Source of the DNA: Smithellaceae bacterium
GTDB lineage: Bacteria > Desulfobacterota > Syntrophia > Syntrophales > Smithellaceae
Direction of reading: 5' to 3'
NCBI GenBank assembly: GCA_963667845.2
Contig: CAXXVL010000002.1
Coordinates: 1,120,001-1,184,000, forward strand
DNA: 64,000 bases
The notes beneath the pieces were generated by a model. It was given only the letters and a program-made list of their open reading frames with translations. It was not told the DNA's origin and did not search any database. Below are positions 1 to 8,140 of this stretch, one piece after another (positions within the stretch are counted from its first letter, which is position 1; each line of letters opens with the position of its first letter). The translations under genes were made by a program, and so were the position numbers.

Positions 1-177
1 GAGCAGGGCCGTCAGATCCACGACCGGCGTGAGGGTACCCCGGTAATTGAATGTCCCGGCCACTTCCGCAGGCGCGTGAGGAATGGGTCTCAAGGACACA
101 AGAGACGACACTTCGATGACTTGCTCAATATCGAGGCCGTAGCGATCTGCCCCGGCCTGAAACTGAAGTAATAACAT
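1..177 (-). CDS. cheW: CheW/WspB-like chemotaxis coupling protein (5' part, runs off window)
   Basis: Manual translation from ATG at 177: MLLLQFQAGADRYGLDIEQVIEV...IPHAPAEVAGTFNYRGTLTPVVDL, CheW motif (G..NYRG...PVVDL); directly downstream of an MCP. Confidence 0.85.
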   Translation of the reverse strand, partial: MLLLQFQAGADRYGLDIEQVIEVSSLVSLRPIPHAPAEVAGTFNYRGTLTPVVDLTALL

Positions 178-188
178 GGCGGCATCCG

Positions 189-2387
189 TCAGGAGCTGAT
201 TCTGAACCGGGAGACCTCTGACTGAAGCCCCTGGATGGCCTCATTGAGCTGCTCCGTCGCCAGTTTGAATTCATGAAGCGATTCCTTGGTCTGCTCCGCA
301 GCGGTCGACAGTTGGCACATGGCTTCGCTGATCTGCTGCGCTCCCTGGGACTGGCCGTACATGCCGTCCTTCACGGCGGTAAACTGCGGACCATGGATGC
401 GCACCTGGTCGATAATCCGGGCAAGCTGGCTGCTCTGGGTTGCTACCGTTTCCACGCCGCGCCGGACTTCATCCGCGAACTTGTCCATTTCCATTACGCC
501 GGTCGAGACGGACGTCTGCATTTCGGCTACGACCTGTTCGATGTCCTGGGTTGCGATGGCAGTCTGATCGGCCAGACGACTGATTTCACGGGCGACAACG
601 GAAAAGCCCCGCCCGAACTCGCCTGCTTTTTCGGCTTCTATTGCGGCGTTCAGCGACAGCAGGTTCGTCTGATCGGAAATCTTGTTGATCGTGGTGACCA
701 CATGAGAAATTTTATTGGCCCGGTCATTGATGACGGCGAGCTTGGACGAGATGGACGAAGTGGCCTTGACCAGTTCGCGCATGGCGACTTCCATATGGGA
801 GAGATCCTTGCGGCCCGATTCGGCCATGCCGATCGTTTCATTCAGGGAGACATTGACTCCCTCCATGGTCTGGGCCAGATCATCGGCCGTCGCGGAGATC
901 TCACGGCTGGTGGCCGTTACTTCGGTTGTGGACGCCGCCTGCTGGGCGACAGTTGCTTCCAGTTCGCGCGCCGAAGCGGCGATCTCGGTGGCGGATGTCG
1001 TCACCTGGATGCCCGACCGGTGGACCTGGCCGATGAGCGAATCGAGGTTTCCCGTCATCGTTTCAAAAGCCTCAAGGAGTTTGCCGGTTTCATCACCCGA
1101 CTGGATGATCCGGGCCGCCTCCGGTTTGGCCAATTCTTCGCGAGCCTGCTGGAGGTCGCCTACGGCAATCTTCTGGGCGAGCCTGGTCGTGAGCCCGAGC
1201 GGGTGTGTCAGACGACGCGCCAGGTAGTAGGCGAGCCACACGGACAGAAGAATGAGCACCACGCCGGCCCCAACGAGTTTCACAAAAAGAGACTTGATCA
1301 TATCATTGACGCGGCCGATCGGGCCGAAGAAATCATCCTCATAGGTTCCCGCCACGATAACCCAGTCAAAGGGTTCAAAGTAGATAACAGACGAGATTTT
1401 CTTGCGCGGGGAGGGCTCACCCGGATTCTGCCAGACGTATTCATGGTAAAAAGACGCGCCCTTGGGTTGCTGCAAGGCTTTCGTGATAAGCATCTGAATG
1501 ATGGCATTGCCATGGATGTCCTTTTGCTCCCAGATGTTTTCACCGTCGCGCTTGCCGTCTTTAGAAATGATGTATCGGCCGCGGTGCTCACCCTTGCCGC
1601 CGACAACGCCGACGTAGCCCATTTTCCCCACTTTCATGCCCAGGATCGCTTTGCGCAGTGAATCAACGGCCTCCAGCTTTTCGCCGACATAGAGCATGCC
1701 GATAATCTTCCCCGCCTTGTCCCTAACGGGCTCGTAGGCTGTTAAATACCAGGTGTTTACCACATAGGCGAGTCCCCGGTAGGACTGTCCCTTCAAAACC
1801 GCCGCAATAACTGCGTTGGCTGAACCGTCCGGCATAACGGCCGGAATATAGGTGCCGATGGCCCGCTTCTTTTCCGCATCCAATACGTTCGTTGCCACCC
1901 GCAGCATATCGCCGGTTTCATTCATGCGCTGAAAGATCGTGCAGGTGATGCCGACAAGCTGTTTCACTTCATCAACGACGGGCGTGGGTGCCCCCGGATT
2001 GCGATTCTGACCGAGCCAGACGCCGCCCGCCATCAACCTGGGCAGTTCGATTTTCTGCGACTGCTTGGTGATCTGATTGACGGCGTCCCAGTCAACCTTT
2101 TCTTTTCCTGTTTCGATGCCCTTATGTTGTTTGAGAATATTTCCGGCGACGTTGAGGCCGTTGTTGATTTTCTTCTGGATGAGATCATTGGATGTTTCGC
2201 ACAGTCCGTAGACGTCTTTGGCAATTTGGGCCATGTTGGCCATTGCCACGTCGCCGAGTTCTCTCGAGGCCAGCTCGGAGACGGAAGACTGGAATGATCC
2301 CATGAAGATGATCATGACAACGACGGGTAAAATGGCGGCCAGTACCGCCAGGCCGATAATCTTGCGCTTGAGAGTCATTTTCATCAT
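189..2387 (-). CDS. Methyl-accepting chemotaxis protein, periplasmic Cache domains + HAMP, WspA-like signalling domain
   Basis: Two TM segments, Cache-like motifs (YLTAYEP, GMLYVG), MCP core TNLLSLNAAIEAEKAGEFGRGFSVVAREI; start moved to ATG 2387 (AAGGA RBS, promoter just upstream). Confidence 0.92.
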   Translation of the reverse strand: MMKMTLKRKIIGLAVLAAILPVVVMIIFMGSFQSSVSELASRELGDVAMANMAQIAKDVYGLCETSNDLIQKKINNGLNVAGNILKQHKGIETGKEKVDWDAVNQITKQSQKIELPRLMAGGVWLGQNRNPGAPTPVVDEVKQLVGITCTIFQRMNETGDMLRVATNVLDAEKKRAIGTYIPAVMPDGSANAVIAAVLKGQSYRGLAYVVNTWYLTAYEPVRDKAGKIIGMLYVGEKLEAVDSLRKAILGMKVGKMGYVGVVGGKGEHRGRYIISKDGKRDGENIWEQKDIHGNAIIQMLITKALQQPKGASFYHEYVWQNPGEPSPRKKISSVIYFEPFDWVIVAGTYEDDFFGPIGRVNDMIKSLFVKLVGAGVVLILLSVWLAYYLARRLTHPLGLTTRLAQKIAVGDLQQAREELAKPEAARIIQSGDETGKLLEAFETMTGNLDSLIGQVHRSGIQVTTSATEIAASARELEATVAQQAASTTEVTATSREISATADDLAQTMEGVNVSLNETIGMAESGRKDLSHMEVAMRELVKATSSISSKLAVINDRANKISHVVTTINKISDQTNLLSLNAAIEAEKAGEFGRGFSVVAREISRLADQTAIATQDIEQVVAEMQTSVSTGVMEMDKFADEVRRGVETVATQSSQLARIIDQVRIHGPQFTAVKDGMYGQSQGAQQISEAMCQLSTAAEQTKESLHEFKLATEQLNEAIQGLQSEVSRFRISS

Positions 2388-2415
2388 GTGACACGTCCTT
2401 AGTGAAGTGGGAGAA

Positions 2416-2444
2416 AGTATAGGGAAGGCGGGTGGGTCTGTCAA
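2416..2444 (-). promoter_or_regulatory. sigma70-type promoter for MCP/che operon
   Basis: TTGACA-N17-TATACT on the minus strand, ~30 nt upstream of ATG 2387. Confidence 0.7.
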
Positions 2445-2577
2445 GGAAATCTTGGAAATCCTTAGGACAAAAGTCATTTCTCGTTGGGATGATGCCAGGC
2501 AAAAGTTGAATATCCGCAGGAGCGGTCGCCCCGGCATACACCAGGCTAAAAGACCGTAACTTTTCTTAGATGGATAA

Positions 2578-3402
2578 TCAAAATTCCTTGCCGCGGATAA
2601 ACGCGACCGCACTTTTGAAAATCGCCAGACCCTGGCCTTCTTCGGGGAGATCTTCGCGCGTCCAGCGGGGGTGGTTGGTGCGGTGCAGAAATGCCTCGGG
2701 GTGCGGCATCAGACCGAAGAGCCGGCCGGTTTCGTTGCAGATGCCGGCAATGGCGTGGGTCGAACCGTTGGGGTTTAGCGGATAGTCCATCGTGACTGAA
2801 CCCTTCGCGTCGCAGTACTGAAACGTAACCAGATTTTTCTTTTCTATTTCTGCGAGGATCGCGGAACTCTCCGGAACAAATTTCCCTTCGCCGTGGCGGA
2901 CGGGAAAGTAAACCTGATCGATGCCGTCTGTGAAGACGCACGGACTTTGCACGTTGGCTTTGAGATACACCCAGCGGTCCTCAAATCGTCCCGAGTCGTT
3001 GAAGGTCAGCGTCGTGCTCTGCCTGGTGAAGTTTGCCTCAAGCGCAGGCAGCAGACCCAGCTTGACCATGAGTTGGAATCCGTTGCAGACGCCCAGAATC
3101 AGTCCGCCGGTCCCGATGAATTTCAGCAGTTCTTCGATGAGCATTTCACTGGCTCCGGAAATCGGTGCATGGAGAAAGCGATTGGCCCCGGCCTTGGCCG
3201 AGCCCAGGTCGTCGCCGTCAAGGAATCCACCCGGCAGGTTCAGAAAGTTGTAGTCCGACAGGCGCTTTTCTCCGAAAAGCAATTCGCTGATATGCACGAT
3301 ATTGACTTTGTCAGCCCCGGCGAGCCGGCAGGCGTGCGCCATTTCCATTTCACAGTTGGTGCCGTTGCCGGTGAGGACGATCGCTTTGACTTTGTTTGTC
3401 AT
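2578..3402 (-). CDS. purQ: Phosphoribosylformylglycinamidine synthase, glutaminase subunit
   Basis: GTNCE, LPGGF..GD, GVCNGFQ (catalytic Cys), HGEG and MPHPE motifs; adjacent to purL. Confidence 0.95.
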   Translation of the reverse strand: MTNKVKAIVLTGNGTNCEMEMAHACRLAGADKVNIVHISELLFGEKRLSDYNFLNLPGGFLDGDDLGSAKAGANRFLHAPISGASEMLIEELLKFIGTGGLILGVCNGFQLMVKLGLLPALEANFTRQSTTLTFNDSGRFEDRWVYLKANVQSPCVFTDGIDQVYFPVRHGEGKFVPESSAILAEIEKKNLVTFQYCDAKGSVTMDYPLNPNGSTHAIAGICNETGRLFGLMPHPEAFLHRTNHPRWTREDLPEEGQGLAIFKSAVAFIRGKEF

Positions 3403-3416
3403 GGTGTTAATCCTGT

Positions 3417-6398
3417 TTAAAAATTAAGCGGCTTCTGCCACGTCTCTTTGAGCTTGCCGATTTTTTCTTTGATGATCGTTTTGCCGGAAAGACCGCTGAT
3501 CCGAAGCAGTCCGTCGCTGGCGACAAAACCGATTTCGCGCCCGACGTTCCCGGTCATGATTTTATCAAACTTTGCTTTGTCTTGCGGATGAATCGTCGCG
3601 ACGAAGCGGCTGGCCGTTTCGGAAAATAAAATATAGTCATCACGCTTCTTGCCGCGATAGGGGACATCCTTCAAGTCGATGCTCAGGCCGAAGCCCCCGG
3701 CAAACGCGGTTTCAGCAAGCGCCACGCCCAAGCCTCCGTCGGAGCAGTCATGACACGAAGCCACCAGACCCGCCTGAATCGCTTTGCCCAGCGCCCTGTA
3801 GAGCTTCATGGCTTTTCTGGCGTCTACCTGCGGAACGTTGTTGCCCACCGCCTGGTTTTGCGCGAACCATTCGGAGCCGCCCAACTCGTCGCGGGTCTCG
3901 CCCAGAATGTAAACCAGGTCCTGCGGGCGCTTGGCGTCCATGGTCACGGCTTTGCGCACATCCTTGATCTTGCCGATGACCGAATAAAGCAGCGTTGGCG
4001 GAACGGAAATTTTCGTCCTGCCGATGGAGTAATCGTTCTTCATGCTGTCCTTGCCGGAGATGCAGGGCACGCCGTAGGCGGTTGTGTAATCGTAGATTGC
4101 CATGTTCGAACGGACCAGCTGGGCCAGCTTGTATTCACCATCGGGGGTCTTTACGGATTTGACCGGATCGCACCAGCAGAAGTTATCGAGACCCGCCAGA
4201 TGATCCAGATCGACGCCGACGGCAACCGCGTTGCGCACCGCTTCGTCGATGGCGCAGGCCGTCATATGGTAGGCGTCGATGTCGCTGTAACGCGGGCAGA
4301 TGCCGTGGGCCACGACAACGCCTTCCATGGATTCGAGAATCGGCCGGATAATACCCGCGTCCGACGGGCCGTCGTTTTGTATGCCCACCAGGGGTTTGAC
4401 CACGGAGCCGCCCTGGACTTCATGATCGTATTGGCGGACGACGGATTCTTTCGAGCAGATATTCAGTCTCGCCAGCATCTGAGCAAGCGCTTTATTCAGA
4501 TTGGCAGGCGCGGCAAATTTCGGCTCCGCGTTTTTCGGCGCTTTCCATTTGGCCGCAAGTTTCATCTGCGGCACACCCTCATGCAGAAATTCCATGTCCA
4601 GGCAGGCCACCGTGTTCTCGCCGTAACGGACATGGAACAGGCCGGACTTTGTAAACCTGCCCATGGCCGTGGCTTCCACACCCATCTTACAGGCCAGTTC
4701 CAGGAAGGTGTCGACTTTCTTCGGATCGACGGCCAGCGTCATGCGTTCCTGGGCTTCGGAGACGAGAATTTCCCAGGGTTGCAGGCCCGCGTATTTCAGA
4801 GGGGCGAGCGACAGATCGATTTCACAGCCGCCGGAATAGGTGGCCATTTCGCCTACGGAGGAAGACAGGCCGCCCGCGCCGTTGTCGGTGAGCGCGCGGT
4901 ACAGGCCGCGGTTGCGGGCGATGAGCAGAAAGTCGGTCATCTTCTTCTGCGTGATCGGGTCGCCGATCTGCACGGCCGTCACCGGCGAGCCTTCGTGAAG
5001 CTCTTCCGAGGAGAATGTCGCGCCGTGAATGCCGTCCTTACCGATGCGGCCGCCCGTCATGACGATGACGTCGCCGGGCTTGATTTCTTTGGTGTGCGTC
5101 GGCTTGCCGTTGAGCTTCGCGGGCATAATGCCGGCGGTGCCGCAGTAAACCAGGGGTTTCCCCAGATATCTTTCATCAAAAACAAGGCTGCCGTTTACCG
5201 TGGGGATGCCGCTTTTGTTGCCGCCGTGTTCGACACCTTCGCGCACGCCTTCGTAAATCCGGCGCGGGTGCAGAATGCGGGGCGGCAGTTTCTTTTTGTG
5301 GAAGGGCGAGGCAAAGCAAAACACATCCGTGTTGAAGATGAGTTTAGCGCCCATGCCCGTGCCGAACGGATCGCGGTTGACGCCGACGATGCCGGTCAGC
5401 GCTCCGCCGTAAGGATCGAGCGCGGAGGGCGAATTGTGCGTTTCCACCTTGAAGACGAGGTTGTGATCGTCGTTGAACTTAATGACGCCCGCGTTATCCA
5501 CGAACACGGACAGACAGAAATCCTTTTTGCCCTTGGCTTTGCGGATCCTGGCCGTTGAGCCCTTGATGTACGTCTTGAACAGCGAGTTGATGACCTTCTT
5601 CGTGCGGCCGTCCGTGTAATCGATCCGGCTGTTAAAAATTTTGTGTTTGCAGTGCTCCGACCAGGTCTGCGCCAGACACTCCAGCTCCACGTCGGTCGTG
5701 CATTTATCAAGCCCGAATTTCCTGCGCGCTTTGACAACGGCGGGATTCCGATAGTAAGACTGAATGGCCCGCATCTCTTCCAGATTGAGCGCCAGCAGTT
5801 TTTCCCGGCTGAGCTCGATCAGCACCTCATCGTCGAGCGCCGTCAGGTCGATGTCGGCGACCTGCGGTTCATCCTTGCCTGTAACCTGCGGAACATAGGC
5901 GGGCAGGCCGCAGCTGAAATCGAATTGGGCCGCACCGATCACCTGATGGCGTTCGATCAGGTCATTCGCGAGAAGCCCGGAGGCGATATTTTCGGCATCG
6001 GCCTTAGAGATCGGACCGGAAATCAAATATTGGCGGGACGTGTAGACGCTGATTTTACGTGAGCCGACATTTTCACTAAGCAATAGAGTGATCGCTTCAC
6101 GCGCCGTCTTGCCTACATTGTCGGTGACACCGGGGCGAAAACCGACTTCAATGAGCCAGTCGAAATTCCTGGCGAGCGGCCGGTTAATTGAATAATCCTG
6201 AATGACCGGGTCGGAAAGCGGGCCTTTGGCCGCTTCCTGTAATTCGGAATCGTTGAATTCCCCCGCTACCGTATACACTTCAATGGTCGCAACGTTTGCA
6301 ACCGGGAGCCCCAGGTTATCGGTGATACGCTTTTTTGTCTTTTCGCCGAGCGCGTCGCGAATACCCTCTTTAAAACCAACTTCAATTCTGTCCGCCAT
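3417..6398 (-). CDS. purL: Phosphoribosylformylglycinamidine synthase subunit PurL with N-terminal PurS-like extension
   Basis: QTWSEHCKHK, KVETHNSPS, DNGAGG, HDCSDGG motifs; start probably ATG 6398 (MADRIEV). Confidence 0.95.
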   Translation of the reverse strand: MADRIEVGFKEGIRDALGEKTKKRITDNLGLPVANVATIEVYTVAGEFNDSELQEAAKGPLSDPVIQDYSINRPLARNFDWLIEVGFRPGVTDNVGKTAREAITLLLSENVGSRKISVYTSRQYLISGPISKADAENIASGLLANDLIERHQVIGAAQFDFSCGLPAYVPQVTGKDEPQVADIDLTALDDEVLIELSREKLLALNLEEMRAIQSYYRNPAVVKARRKFGLDKCTTDVELECLAQTWSEHCKHKIFNSRIDYTDGRTKKVINSLFKTYIKGSTARIRKAKGKKDFCLSVFVDNAGVIKFNDDHNLVFKVETHNSPSALDPYGGALTGIVGVNRDPFGTGMGAKLIFNTDVFCFASPFHKKKLPPRILHPRRIYEGVREGVEHGGNKSGIPTVNGSLVFDERYLGKPLVYCGTAGIMPAKLNGKPTHTKEIKPGDVIVMTGGRIGKDGIHGATFSSEELHEGSPVTAVQIGDPITQKKMTDFLLIARNRGLYRALTDNGAGGLSSSVGEMATYSGGCEIDLSLAPLKYAGLQPWEILVSEAQERMTLAVDPKKVDTFLELACKMGVEATAMGRFTKSGLFHVRYGENTVACLDMEFLHEGVPQMKLAAKWKAPKNAEPKFAAPANLNKALAQMLARLNICSKESVVRQYDHEVQGGSVVKPLVGIQNDGPSDAGIIRPILESMEGVVVAHGICPRYSDIDAYHMTACAIDEAVRNAVAVGVDLDHLAGLDNFCWCDPVKSVKTPDGEYKLAQLVRSNMAIYDYTTAYGVPCISGKDSMKNDYSIGRTKISVPPTLLYSVIGKIKDVRKAVTMDAKRPQDLVYILGETRDELGGSEWFAQNQAVGNNVPQVDARKAMKLYRALGKAIQAGLVASCHDCSDGGLGVALAETAFAGGFGLSIDLKDVPYRGKKRDDYILFSETASRFVATIHPQDKAKFDKIMTGNVGREIGFVASDGLLRISGLSGKTIIKEKIGKLKETWQKPLNF

Positions 6399-6722
6399 GG
6401 ATTTATCCTGATATTTCCGATATTTTTGATCTGTCGACATAAAGCAGATGATGCGCTTATACCCAAAACGCCCCAAATATGCAATGTACAAATATGTGCC
6501 ACAGAGAGTGCTGTAAATATCCGTAACTTATAGAGTGTTCATCCATATCTTCCGGCAATTGTCCCCGAAAATAATTAAAAAGCAAATATATTTAACCACT
6601 TCAGCCGGAGAAGCGCCCGTTAACCTGATATTGTCCTCTTTGCGAAATAATCACTCGCGGAAGGACTGAAGAATATTTTGCTTCGGCCGGCCGTTACTGC
6701 GGCTTCATTTACAATACATTGC

Positions 6723-6751
6723 TTGACATTAACAACCTGCGGCAGTACATT
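6723..6751 (+). promoter_or_regulatory. Near-consensus sigma70 promoter with no protein gene downstream
   Basis: TTGACA(6723-6728)-N17-TACATT(6746-6751); predicted TSS ~6757-6758. Confidence 0.7.
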
Positions 6752-6757
6752 AATAGC

Positions 6758-6932
6758 GAAGAGCGCTGCAATGCCCGTGTGATGTGACCAGAAGTTACAC
6801 AGTTTCACTGGAGGTAATTAGAAAGCATCGATGGGTATTAGTGAAAATGCCAAGCTGCCAAGAGAGCAGTTATGAAAAATAGGCTGACTACAGCTTATGG
6901 AAGAAAAGCATTGCAGCTCTCTTCTTTTCTTT
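6758..6932 (+). ncRNA. Candidate stand-alone structured ncRNA of unknown family
   Basis: Terminal stem 6758-6774/6908-6924 (16 of 17 paired), four internal hairpins with G-U pairs favouring the + strand, promoter directly upstream, U-rich tail. Confidence 0.6.
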
Positions 6933-7037
6933 GAACCATGAAGTATCCCGAGCTATACTTTCCCGATAGTTTTATTTTCCTTGGCTAATAACGAATCCCG
7001 AGTCGCTGACGCTGCTTGATCACTTTTGCGTCAGGCG

Positions 7038-8018
7038 CTATGGTGAGGCTGTGTAAAACAGCATGTGATCGTTCATGGTTTCCCGAATCACCCCGTCGCG
7101 CTTAAGTTCCTGCAGGTAGACATAGGTTTCATTGAGCGCCATGAATTTCTCCCAGTCGTCCCAATTGGCCGCTGTCGCGCCGATCATTTCGCCGCAGATG
7201 GAATACGTCGTTTTCGGCTCTGTGCCGATGATGTCCAGAAGTGCCTGCTTTTTCAGGATGTGGTGGGTGCGGATCTCCCGGAGGCGTTCTTCGATGCCGC
7301 TAAGCGAATTTCCATGTCCTGGATAGATAATACTGATCGGCAACTTTTCAATGACGGAAAGTGATTCCAGGTAGCTCTGGAGCGGCTGAAAGATTTCGTC
7401 GTAGATATTGGGGCTCAGGCTCGGGGCGATGTAGGGCAGAACATGATCGCCGGCCAGCAACAGGCCTTCCTCCCGGAAGAAGAAGCAGACATGTCCGGCG
7501 GCATGCCCAGGTGTAAAAATGACTTCAAAGGAACGGCTGCCGAAGCGGCGGACTTCCCCATCCTCCAGAAAACTCGTCACATCCAGTCGCGGAATCCGAC
7601 TCCTCATGTCTTCAATTTCTTCTACGATGGCTTCCACATCGCGGGCGGACATGCCATGTTTGGCGTAAAAGATCCGGGCCTGCAAAATGAGGTAGTCCCC
7701 TTCCTGAAAATGGGCATGAACCTGATTCGCGGTTTGAGAGAGGTGCAGACGCGCCTTTGATTTTTCCTGGATGGTTGCGGACATGCCGCAGTGATCGGTG
7801 TGCACGTGTGTGAGGTAGATATCGCTCACGTCCTCCACGGCCCGGCCGATGCTTCGTAAATCAGCTTCCAGTTTTTCGTAGGCGCCCGGCATATGCATCC
7901 CCGTGTCAAAGAGGGCGATATGTTTACCGTCAGTGAGCGCGTAGGCGTGGACGTGACGCAGGCGGAAAGGCATAGGCAGTGTGATGCGGTAAAAGTTTTC
8001 GGATATTTCTGTGATCAT
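7038..8018 (-). CDS. MBL-fold metallo-hydrolase with C-terminal winged-helix-like domain
   Basis: THVHTDHCG motif, TPGHAAGH, AGDH, PGHG. Confidence 0.9.
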   Translation of the reverse strand: MITEISENFYRITLPMPFRLRHVHAYALTDGKHIALFDTGMHMPGAYEKLEADLRSIGRAVEDVSDIYLTHVHTDHCGMSATIQEKSKARLHLSQTANQVHAHFQEGDYLILQARIFYAKHGMSARDVEAIVEEIEDMRSRIPRLDVTSFLEDGEVRRFGSRSFEVIFTPGHAAGHVCFFFREEGLLLAGDHVLPYIAPSLSPNIYDEIFQPLQSYLESLSVIEKLPISIIYPGHGNSLSGIEERLREIRTHHILKKQALLDIIGTEPKTTYSICGEMIGATAANWDDWEKFMALNETYVYLQELKRDGVIRETMNDHMLFYTASP

Positions 8019-8140
8019 GGGAAAAATACAAACTCATTCTTTAGAGCAAGGGGACTTGCCACCCTTCAGTGGTGGTTGCAACCCGTTGCTCTGGATTTCC
8101 TTGCGCCTTGGTTCTTGGATCCCTGGTCCTGCTTTTTTAT

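Noticed and set aside
273..1661. 462-aa + strand ORF
   Set aside because: Antisense shadow of the MCP gene; no recognisable motifs
3750..5558. 602-aa + strand ORF
   Set aside because: Antisense to purL; typical GC-rich shadow frame
6400..6720. Purine or ZMP/ZTP riboswitch upstream of purL
   Set aside because: Consensus motifs not found on the minus strand by eye
6758..6932. Interpretation as retron msr-msd, tracrRNA/omegaRNA, MITE or riboswitch
   Set aside because: No reverse transcriptase, Cas or TnpB gene nearby, no target-site duplication and no downstream same-strand gene. 6S is not excluded without an Rfam scan, but the fold is branched rather than rod-like.
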